Positions 46,289 to 56,926 of a stretch of DNA of 64,000 nucleotides are shown here, piece after piece. A model generated the notes under the pieces. The model had not been told where the DNA came from. It did not search any database and was given only the letters and a program-made list of their open reading frames with translations. This stretch comes from Paragordius varius. Its lineage: Eukaryota > Animalia > Nematomorpha. Position 1 is the first letter of the stretch, and every line of letters begins with the position of its first letter. The position numbers and the translations under genes are program-made. The DNA lies in contig OZ176051.1 of assembly GCA_964247055.1 (NCBI GenBank), positions 3,348,001-3,412,000 on the forward strand, written 5' to 3'.

Positions 46289-48260
46289 CAGGGGTGGCCA
46301 ACCTTTTTTCCTGTGGGCTACCTTTTTAGGAGAAAATTTCACGGGCACGCCTGAATATTAAGTATTGATCATTTATCACATCAACACAAATGATGAATAT
46401 ATTTCTATTTAAGGATTGGGTTGACTAGCACGGGCTATTTTAAAAGGTATATTACAAAAAATTGAAGTAAAAAATGGATTTGTAGCTCTTGGCAAAGATC
46501 TTTACCAGTTTTTATGGATTACAGCAAGCTTTAAATAATGAACATATGCATGATAGTAAAATCCATAAAATCAAAAACAGAGGAAAAATTAATGTCGCAT
46601 TTGATATTTATTATTTATTCCTCCAAATCTCTTAAATGTCAAGAAAACGGCTAAATTTTTTTGCTATACCTTCCACAACAATATTATCATTAAACGGACA
46701 TGATAAAAAAATGGCAATACAAGTTATTGATGATATCAAAATATTTTTCATAAGTAAAATTTTTGTTTTTGGATTCCCCTGTTAGATTAGGAAAATGTTT
46801 AACATCATGGTTTGTAAATTGATTTATAACATTAGCTTTTCCTGAAGAATTTCAAAATACTCATTTTATCTATAATTTTATTTTTCCCTTGTTATTGCAA
46901 ATTTAATTTGTGCAATTATTCTGTGATATCGCAAACGCGAGATCAAGAAGCCATGTTTGATTTTATAATTGTGGATAGGAAAAATTTTTCTTTTCTAAAG
47001 AAAGAAGTATTTGTGGTAAAAGTTGTCTAAATTTCAATAAGAATGCGGCACGACTTAACCATCCTACATCTGTGTGAGGTTGAAGTTTACCATGATATAT
47101 CACACTCGTTTAACAGAACTCGAAACTGGCGACGAGATAGACTTTTCATTAAATTTACTATTTTTAAGCACACATCCCTTATGTGCTTATATTTAATAAT
47201 TTTGGAACATTAAACTTGAATAGGTATTATGCAATGATAATCCATAAAATAAATATTATGTAATTTGTAAGGAGCCACGAACCCATTATTTACTACAATT
47301 ATCGCTGGAGCTCCGTCGGTTATTATAGATACAAGTTTTATAATCGGTAAATTCGTAACTGTTACATAATTAATAAATGAATTAAATATATCCTACCCTG
47401 GTATGTTCTGGGTGTACGACAGTCAATAAGTCTTCTGTGGCTGACATGTCATGGAGACCAGGCGAATGAAAACGCATAAGTGAGCAATTCCGACGTAATC
47501 GGTGGACTCGTCGATTAGAAATGAATAAACGAAAGTTTAATGTTATCATAAAAAATTTTGATAGATTATCTTCACATTATTGTGTTTCTAGATAGGGATA
47601 AGCTTTTTATTGATTCCATAATATTCTTTTTTCTTGCTATTATCAAACAGCACTCCAGATACTTTTTTCCATATTCCCCGTTCTGGAAAGATTAGTTTTT
47701 CGTTGGGATTTCTGATATTTTGGAAGTCGCAATTATGTTTTTTTGATTTATGCTGTATTTCACAATATAGTTACTGAGTATCAAGTTGCTTTTTCAACAG
47801 CTTGATTTTTGATTTGCTAATATCTGAATTGTATTTTATAGTTCATGTGAAGCGAAGTAAATATTTGGAAATTTGCTTTTTTAGGCAAAGCCTCGGTGAA
47901 ATTGCATATCAATCAAGTACATTTTTCTTTGTTCATTATAAAAAAATAATTATCCTCCCACTCGCTTTTATAACGATATTATGGTTCGAATTTTTAATCA
48001 TACTGTTTTTTGCCAAATTTAAATTATTTTTAAAGGTCACTAATGATATAAAGTTCAATTAAAATACATATGATTAAAAAAATATATTAATTAATTAAGT
48101 TAGTTAATTATAAGTTAACAGGTACAAATAAAGATAAATTAAGGAAAATAAATTATAATTTGCGAAAAAAATCTATACAAAAATATTTTTTACATTTTTA
48201 AAAAATTTCAGGCGGTTGCGGGCACGAAGTCGATCGCGGTTGACCGTTTGGTCACCCCTG
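46289..48260 (-). mobile_element. Decayed autonomous-type hAT transposon (Buster/Charlie, GTF2IRD2/ZBED5-like transposase pseudogene), about 1.97 kb
   Basis: TIRs CAGGGGTGGCCAAC / GTTTGGTCACCCCTG. Minus-strand fragments YSFLIDESTDYVGIAHLCVFIRL (first D, about 47460-47530), ITDGAPAIIVVNNGFVA (second D, about 47270-47330), YHCIIP (CxxH mutated) and HTDVGWLSR are interrupted by stops/frameshifts; TSD is degenerate. Confidence 0.88.
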
Positions 48261-48504
48261 GAATATAATATTGGATTTATTAAATAAAAAATTGAATATC
48301 GAAATTATAAACAAAAAAGTTTCAATGTTATTTTTCAAAAAAGTGTGTGGATATATATAGCCATGCATTTTTTCAAAAATGGGATAATTGTGGAGGGCGT
48401 AAACGTGATAATTTTTTTAGGCATTAAACCAAATAAAGACTGATTGTATCTAAAAAAAAGTTTCATTAATATTTTTAATTTAACAAAAATGAAGAAGAAG
48501 AAGT

Positions 48505-48640
48505 AGGGCTTCGAATAATCGGGTTCCAAGAGAGATTGTAGCAGTAACCAGTTGCGTTGGTTTGGACCAACCCGATTTCAACTTCACTTTCCCAGGAACC
48601 GTTTCGGTTCCACCCGTCCGGGAACCAGCCGAGTTCTATT
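48505..48640. mobile_element. Degenerate left end of the TAGGGCTT hAT MITE family
   Basis: tagggcttcgaa followed by ggttcc/ggaacc motifs as in 24816. Confidence 0.5.
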
Positions 48641-48940
48641 AAAATAAAGGCAAAAAACTCTGATTGCGCGAAAAAAAAATTATTGCTAAATTTTGACATC
48701 AAAAAATGTCTTTTCCGAAAATATGGATATTTTGGTTAAATATTTAATTTATTACAAAATTTTAGTGGCGAGTTTTTTAGTATTTTGATGCATGGAGCAA
48801 ACGGTATAAAAACGTTTAAAATATTAAAAAAACAGTTTTTTATATATAATTTGATAATGCTGATTTCTATCGGTTCCGAATAAAGATTCGTATGGTTTCA
48901 AATTTTTATCAATTTTTGTATAAAATCAATTTATAATGAA

Positions 48941-49618
48941 CACTTGGATACAACACATTTCAATCCTTCAATTTGATTGGGGTAGTTTACCCCAGTGTTT
49001 AAAATTTAATACTCAAAAATATGAAAGGAATCGAGACCATGGCAGTTTGCACTTATATAACATTAACACTTCGATTCAAATTGGGGTATCTAAATACCGA
49101 CTTGATTAAAGTTAGTATTTTTAAAAAAATATTGAAGGAAACAACCCCAATATAAATTTATGCTTCTCTAAAAAAATATATAAATAAGCCAAAAAATAAA
49201 TAAAATTTTATTTTGAAAAAAAGTTCCATGTCCTACTTCGACACCATTATTAATTTACAAAATTTTTGCAAAATATGGTCTTTATGTAATTTTAAAGGTA
49301 AAATTAAAGCTAATTTTATTTAAATTACATTTAACATTCATAGAAATAGAAAAAGTGGTTTTTGTATTATTTTTTAATTTTACCATTGCCGACATGTCAC
49401 GATGACTAAATTTCTACCTTTGAATTTGAGCTTAAAATTATACAGGTATTTTTGAATAAAGCATTTTATATATTTCGGTTTATCAATGTTATATAAGTGC
49501 AAAATTTTGCCATGGTTTCGATTCCTTTATATTTTTTAAAAAAATTATTTTAAACACGCCTGGGGTATCTAACTATCCTAATTTGAATCGAAGGACTAAA
49601 ATGTGTTGTACCCAAGTG
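48941..49618. mobile_element. Non-autonomous TIR element with TTAA-like flanks (piggyBac-like, tentative)
   Basis: tgaa|CACTTGGATACAACACATT ... AATGTGTTGTACCCAAGTG|ttaa; an inner end ttaa|CACTTCGATTCAAATTGGGG at 49067; the body is shared with 23182-23720. Confidence 0.55.
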
Positions 49619-50393
49619 TTAATGAATCAAAATAAAAAAAATCATTCAAAAATAATTTAATTTATTTTAAGGTTAAACCTAAAAGTCGAAATTTAATCAA
49701 CATGACATGTGGTGCATTTGCAAAATTTTAAAATAATATAAAATATTCACTTTTACTGTTTCTATCAATATATTATGTATTTTAAATAAAAAATTAGCTT
49801 TATAAAATTTAAACCCGTTATAATGCAAAATGTTGTAAGATAAAAATGGCGTTGAAGTAATTTGATAGAGAATATTTTTTAAAATAATTTTTTTCGGAAT
49901 ATTTATACAATTTTTATAAAAATAATTAAATTTGTGACCGTTTCTTTTTGTAGTTTGTTTAAAATTTTAAGTTAGATATATTCTCGGGTATTTAGATACT
50001 AATTGAATCGAAATACCTTAAATTATTTTGATAGAAATGTTGAGCATCAAAGAATTATATAGATGAAGTGTTTTTATAAAAACTTAAAGCGTATATACCG
50101 TTTCCATATGCCTCAAAATAGTATCAAGTACGCTGCAAAAATTTAAAAAATTAAATTTTTGAAAAAGGTGTGCTTCTGATATCAAAAATTAGCATATATT
50201 TAGAAATTTTATCGCGCAATCCCGGCATTTTTGCATCAGGAGAACTAGCTCAATTGGCGAAAAATTTGGAACTCTCGGCGACCACGTTATTATTTTTTAA
50301 TAATGTTATTTTGCTTTTCATATGTAGTTTATGATACATTTTAATGATAATTTTGGAAATTTAGTTATCACCAAAAAAATTTATTGAGAAAAA

Positions 50394-51128
50394 TATGTGA
50401 ATTTCACATTTTCTGATATGGAGCAATTACCACAAAGTGTGACTTTTAAAATCCGTAGGGCCAAAACCCAAAGCAACATAATAATTCTGATATATTTTTT
50501 ATAAGTCTTTATATATTTCATCATATTATATACACCCCGATTTCGGACTCAGTGTATATAATTTGATGCTAAGTATTGCTCTCACTTCCGAATTTTGATT
50601 AACGATTTATGTGAAATTTACGTGATTTGTAACACAAAATATAGATAAAATAAACCTGAAAACGAATGATTTTTTTAGTCAATAATCTGAATATAAATGT
50701 TCAGCATCATCGAATTATTTAGAAGTTTTATAATATCTTAAAGCGTTTTTTTATATCGTTTCCGTCATGCCTCACAAGAGTATGAATTATGCTTCAACAA
50801 AATTTCACTAAAATAAAAATGTCTACTTTTTAGAAAATATTGATGCTAAAATATGCATGTATTTAAAATTTTTACTAGGCAATTTCGAATTTTTTGCGGT
50901 AATTGAGACAATATCTAAAAATAATTTAATAAAAAATGGATAGCTTTTATGCGGTGTATAATATATATTAGTGATATATTTTGCAATGAAGCATTTAACT
51001 ATACCAAAATTCATTTAATAAATGTGCGCAATTTCTGATATTGAGCAGTGTTTACATAAATGTAATTTCTTAAATAACTCGTAAGGGGCAAAACCAAAAT
51101 CACCATAATAATCCTGATATTTTTCTAT
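50394..51128. repeat. Two direct copies (about 50394-50500 and 51021-51128) of a roughly 110-bp repeat; an inverted copy lies at about 57225-57350
   Basis: Shared ttctgatat.gagca ... gt.gggg/ccaaaacc.aaa.ca.cataataat.ctgatat core. Confidence 0.65.
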
Positions 51129-51192
51129 CAGAGTATATATACTTTATAAAGATTTGCGAGTTTATATGGTTTTTAGTAATGCACAATATCAT

Positions 51193-51923
51193 ATGATTTT
51201 ACTACTGATACTGTCCTTTTTCAAGTTTACAAGTAATATTTTTTATATATACAAGATTCTGATATATGTGGAAATTATGTTTTTAAGGAAAAACGCGCAC
51301 TTGCTACAAATGCTTCCATAACATACATATATGCAAGATATGTGGAGCCGTATACCTGTCCCAATATCTCAATTTACCCCTTAAACCATACAAGTTGTTG
51401 CCCAAATATAACGCTTGAACAATGCTGTCAATATAATTATGCATTTTTTAATGAAATTCCGAAAAACAAATTTTTTGTTAAAATGAGCAAGTAAATTTAC
51501 AATAAACTTTAAGTACATCTTTTTTTCTCTTTATATCTCTTTGCTCCATCATTATGATTGGGTTATTTACTTTGATCGTTTGTTGCATGTGGTCTCAATG
51601 CCCAATGTACAAAAGGTTTCGTATTCGAAAACAATACAACGGACATGTCATATCATATTACATGGATTCAGGTAATTTTTTGTTTTTGAATATATCGTTC
51701 TTATATATTTGTCATCATAACTCTTTTGTTCTCACAAAAATTTATCAAGCTATTGTTAATTTTTTTAGCATTTTTACTATCATACAATATTTTTTTACCT
51801 TTTTTATTGTTTACCTTTGTGAATTGCCATGCACATATAAATACATTGATAATATTAGATAAACCAGATGCAAAGATTCAATTTAAAACATTGGTGGATC
51901 AGAATGGCCATGTATATGCCTAA
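51193..51923 (+). CDS. Shisa/WBP1/VOPP1-like single-pass membrane protein (165 aa)
   Basis: Exons 51193-51232, 51256-51490, 51514-51671, 51859-51923 (introns 23, 23, 187 nt). Signal MILLLILSFFKFT; ectodomain C.NY...YTCP......SCC......CC; TM FFLFISLCSIIMIGLFTLIV; juxtamembrane CCMWSQCPMYKR. This architecture is typical of the Shisa-like family. Confidence 0.72.
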
Positions 51924-52138
51924 TTTTATATTGCAAAATTATTTCTCCCTTCCCTGCAAAAATTATGCATTTTTATTAAATTCTTATTTATTGCATGCAA
52001 AAAATGTGATGATTTTATATGTATATATATATATATATTATTTAAGCTGTAATATAAATTAAATAAATGACCTAATTGGTTAACTCTTATTTACATGTCC
52101 ATATATTGTTGCAATCTGCTAGCAGACGATTTGATAAA

Positions 52139-52641
52139 ATGTTTTCTTCCAATACGACAGTCATGGAGAATAGTCAAGAAAGCAAAAAATTTAAATTTGA
52201 TGTAAGAAACAACAAAATTACGTTTAGGATTCTATTAACAATGTTGATTTGATTAAATCTACCTCACCGTTCCATGATGACTCCAAGCATTTTAATAAAA
52301 CATTTAGTCCAAACGGACCACAAATTTTCGGAAATTTTGAAACAAGTATATTTTTATATACGTATCAGTTCAAGAAGAAAAAAATGATGAATCGATACTT
52401 GAGAAATTAAAAAGTAGTGAAAAAGAATTTTTAAAAATGATTAAGAAGAAATCAAATATTATGAAGTTGTCATGATTATAATTCTTTTAGTGAAATCGAA
52501 ATGTCAGAAAATCAAAGTTTAAAACAAATTGATGAAATTTTGAAAAATGCGATGAAATTGGAAGAAAGTTTGCGGAAAAAAAGAGATAAATTTCGGGAAA
52601 AGGCCAAAGTTTTGGGAAAACATTTTAAACACTCAAATTAA
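52139..52641 (+). CDS. TEX12: TEX12-like synaptonemal complex central-element protein (142 aa)
   Basis: Exons 52139-52201, 52228-52345, 52369-52465, 52491-52641 (introns 26, 23, 25 nt). The C-terminal about 72 aa DESILEKLKSSEKEFLKMIKKKSNIMNEIEMSENQSLKQIDEILKNAMKLEESLRKKRDKFREKAKVLGKHF aligns without gaps to my recollection of human TEX12 (DEALEKDL..SKEINLML..LLSER....[36 protein letters not shown]), about 18 identities by hand count. Confidence 0.68.
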
Positions 52642-52982
52642 TTTATTATCCAAATAATATTTCTAATAAAATTACAATTACATTCAAAAAGATTAATGGT
52701 ACTAAAACATAAAATAAATTGGTACTTGTTAGGACCATTTGAGTGGATTTTATTAATTCAATTATTTGATTTTTTGATCCGACTGATTCTCCAAAGCTTT
52801 GCGCGTTCATTCCTATATTATATATCTAAAAAAACTTTTAAGTATAACTCTTTTTTCATCAATGACACATATGGCATTAACAAATAATAAAGTAGATTCA
52901 AGGATGCATTTCAACGACAGCATGTAGTGTGGCAGCTGACAAAAAACGTTAAAGGGTTAAAATGTGTTAAATTATATTATGG

Positions 52983-55900
52983 ATGATTTATCTTGTCATA
53001 TGCCTCTTTCTTGTAGTATTGTCCGAATCCTTTGGTTTAATTCATTTTCGTGAGGATTTCAATAATATTGAGGATAGTTACTTGAGGTATTTAATATCTA
53101 AATATAGATGGAAATCCGATTTAACTAGTTATAATTTCGTAAAGCTTTCTACCAATCAGACTTTTCATGTTGAGGTTTAGTGGTTGATCATTTTTAGAAT
53201 AAAAACGTTTATTTGATAGCGGCTTTATTTAATCCGATAGTTTTTCAACATCAATCCGCAATATATATCCAGTATAATTTTGATTTATGTAGGTTTGAGA
53301 CATTAGTTAATGATTATGAATTTAAATCTGTTATCGTTAAGTTAGATAACCGATTTAACGATTTTGGGCTTGAAATTAAGCTTGACTTTCAGGAATGTAT
53401 AAAAGTTTGATATTTAATATAGTGTAGCTTATTCTTTCTATCGGTTTTTCGATCAATAATCAATCTCAAATAATTTTGTCCAAGAATATCAAAATATGTG
53501 ATTATCAACTAAATAACTGGCACTTAATAACCATAAAACTTTTTAGAAATAAATTATATTCGATTGGAATCAATGAAAATATTATTATACACAACAATGT
53601 GATATCCGATTTTAAGTCATTTCAGTTTATTATATTTTAGACCCATTAGTCCAAATTTGAATAAAAAATGTGTGAACAAGTTTTTATAACTTTTTTTAAC
53701 TTCTTTTAGAATAAAAGTTATTGTCAATTTTTGTAGTTATATAAATCCATACCGCTTTATTAGTCTTGGTAAATGCGACGAAATAGATGAATGTCTTAAT
53801 CAACTGCACAGTTATAATGTAATATTGGCTTTAATTTTAGGATATATTTCAAACTTTCTATCGCGCATTTAACATTTTCAAATTTATTCAAGACTCGGTA
53901 ATATTTAATCCTTAAATTGAATTTTATTATATTGTTTAAAAATGAACTTTATTTCACCAAATTTATTAATGGTATTTTAGAAATTTGGATTTTGTGTTTA
54001 GTTTCATTTAAGCCAAATTAGATATCGCACAGTATAAAGCACAACTTTAGTTATTTACTAATAAAATAGTACGGAGGTTTATAACACTCAAATTAACTGC
54101 CCATTTAAATAAATATATTATACTAAATTTATGTTAACCCCATCATTTTTTGTGTATCTGGATGATTTAAATTCCCAAACTCTTATTTTTGAAAGTTTAA
54201 TACGGGTGAAAGCGTTTTAGAGAGCTATACTTCTCACCCTTTTAGGATTTTCGTTGAATCGGTTGGTCCATATTTGAAGCGTTTTATCCTTATATTAACT
54301 AAAAAATAAATTGATAAAATAATTTAGTCAACTAAAATATTAAAATTTCAACCATAAATATATCACCACCAAACTTGGACCGTTAAATTAAACTACTATC
54401 AAATTTTAATTTTTATATACTATAATATTATGGATTTTAATTATTTTATATTCTGGAGATAATTTTAAATGTATAATTGCTGGGAATGATTGAGTCAATG
54501 TTCAATAATTTTACTAAAAAGTTTTACTTTATCTCTATCATAATTCTTATCCAGGGAGTATTAATAAACACTTTTTTAAATTTATTTAGAATTCCATAAG
54601 CTTACAAATAAATGCATTGCATACTCAGATGTTTGTGGATAATATCATTGTGACTTCAGACAAACGCGCTCTTGAAAAATGGACAACCCAAACTTATTAT
54701 CCGAAGCTTAGAAAAAATGCCTCTGAAGTTGTAAGTAGAATATTTGTATTATTAAAAGTTCTTTATTACCCAGTTTGTTTGCTACAATGTTCATACGATT
54801 AGACAGGTAATGTTTGATATAAATTATTTGAACCGCATTTAACTCAAGCAAAAATAATCTGATCAAAACCAAAATTTGGTATTTTTTGTTATACATCACC
54901 AAGTTAATGACCTACTGATTGCCAGGCACTAGGTTGCTGAGATTAATGAAAATAGACATAAAAATCACATAATCTGTGCTTACATACTCTTTTTGTTTAT
55001 TTAAATTCGTTGTTAAATTTATTTAGACAATCTTATTTTTGAATAAAATCATAAAAACAGAACAAAAAATAAAAATTTTCAAATTTCAAGGAATCTATTC
55101 TATTTTTGCGTAGCAAAATTAGAATAAAATTGTAGGCTCTAAAGAAAAAAATCAAGTTTAAGTAATATATTTTTTATTATTTTGATAAATAATACTTTTT
55201 TACTTTCACGTCTTTCGTATCTTAATTTATACTGTTCCAATTATTTAGATTCGTTGGTACGAAAAACTAGCGAAACAAGCACAGAATAAACCCTTTCTTT
55301 GGATTTTATATGTTTGTATCATAAGCTTGCCCTTAACTTATATCCTCATAACGATATCAACTCCCAATTCATATAAAGGTACCTCTAAAATCTAATCCAT
55401 TAAAAACTCTTTTTATATCTTTAAAACTTTATTTTCAACATGTCAAAAAGTATTGTTAAAAAGGAAATTACGATTCGATTTGCGGCAAAAAACAATTTAT
55501 TTCAATTAGATTGAAATATTTGCAATTTTATTTAATAATGACATTAGGAAAGTTATTTCACCAGGCCTTGTATTGGCTTACCATTTGATCTTTATTCAAG
55601 CGATACAAGCTTAATAATTTTTCGTTATAAAATATTTTGCATCGTCTATTATCCGTTTTTTGATTTCCGACATTAGATTTTTTAATATATATATGTCCAA
55701 ATTTTGAATCTAATATCAGTTTTGTAAGTATGCAATAACCTCGGATAATATAAAGGGATTTAGAGATTTATATATGTGTTGGTTTGGGATTTTACCTATA
55801 CTTATTATTTGTGCAGAAATATAATAAATTGTTTTTATTTTAAAAAAATGTGGAAGGATTAAATATATCTACTTTCTCTTTTCTTAATTAATTATTCCAA

Positions 55901-56926
55901 TGTTATGACTTAAATTATAGTTATAGAAGGCTAAAATTATTTCTATTATTAAATTTTTAATGCAAATTATTTATTATGCTTTCGACCCTATGTTACTTGA
56001 CTTCTCTAGGTCTAATTTGAATTAAATATTGTAAATAAGAAATTGCAAAATAATGTTTAATTATTAAACTTTTATTATCTTGATGATTATATACCATTTA
56101 CACTTTGAGAGTATCCTTGAACATTTCCAGTTGGTGATTAAAAACCTGAATTTGGTCTTTTAAATTTATCTTTTGTAACTTTTATCTATCAAACCGTGTA
56201 TCATTCATCCTTTTCCTCACTTTTAACCTATTCTCATTATTTAATACAAACTTTTAAATAAATATCATTTATCAATCCGAAACCGTATTTTTTATTAGTT
56301 TCGTAAAATATATTTTAATATTAATAAGATTATAAAAGTTAATTGAAAAATATAAAAGTTTTCTGGGTTATTAATTACAATTTGTTAATACATTTATAAG
56401 TTAATAATAATGTTAAATTGAAAAAAAATATTTAGCAAAAAAAGTGGGTTGTGAATGAAGAATATTAGTAAATGACAAATATATAACAAACCAAGAAAAT
56501 TGGGTTAAAAAAGGATGAAATAAATTTATACATGCAAAATTTATGGTTAATTTCAAACTTGAAAAGTCTAAGGACCAGCTTGAAGTAGTAAAGGACCAAC
56601 TTGAAGTGTTCAGGGCCAACTTGAAATGTTCAAGGACAAACATAGAGTGTTCAAGGATCAATTTAAAATGTTTAAGGACCTTGTGTTCCACTCTTGAAGT
56701 TCAAACGGTATATATTTTTTCATTTTATTTTATTAGACGCAAAAATTTAGACTTATTTGTCGCATGAATAGTTAAAATAAAAAATCAATTTAATACACTT
56801 ATTCTAATATTCCCTGCTTAATTATTTTGATTTATTGTTTTTATTTTATATTTAGAGACTACTGATGAAAGCATTTTATTTGATGATGAAGTCAATGAGG
56901 AAATGGAAGATAATACTATCGATTGA
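52983..56926 (+). CDS. Highly divergent calnexin/calmegin-like ER membrane protein lacking the P-domain (about 377 aa)
   Basis: Exons 52983-53174, 53198-53404, 53428-53615, 53641-53679, 53710-53818, 53841-53897, 54590-54730, 55249-55378, 56856-56926 (1134 nt, phases consistent). Signal peptide; FREDF..RW; YLIAALFNP..IYIQY; NWHLITIKL..NKLYSIGIN..SDFKPISP; MFVDNIIVTSD..EKW; calnexin-type TM NKPFLWILYVCIISLP; acidic cytosolic tail. Confidence 0.78.
56094..56708. mobile_element. TA-flanked TIR element (615 bp) with 21-bp tandem repeats in the last intron of the calnexin-like gene
   Basis: TA|CCATTTACACTTTGAGAG ... CTCTTGAAGTTCAAACGG|TA; about 6 units of aacttgaagtgttcaaggacc at 56556-56680. Confidence 0.72.

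Noticed and set aside
54759-54840. Alternative calnexin-like ending through a 28-nt intron (54731-54758) giving a short soluble C-terminus
   Set aside because: The downstream exon 55249-55378 gives a clear calnexin TM match in the correct phase, so it was preferred; a soluble isoform cannot be excluded without cDNA.
56556-56680. 21-bp repeats (also 34060-34110) as a CRISPR-like array
   Set aside because: The units are head-to-tail without unique spacers, the context is eukaryotic, and there are no cas genes.
56413-56767. Leucine-zipper-like ORFs 56543-56767(+) and 56413-56691(-)
   Set aside because: The heptad pattern is produced by the 21-bp tandem repeat of an intronic transposon.
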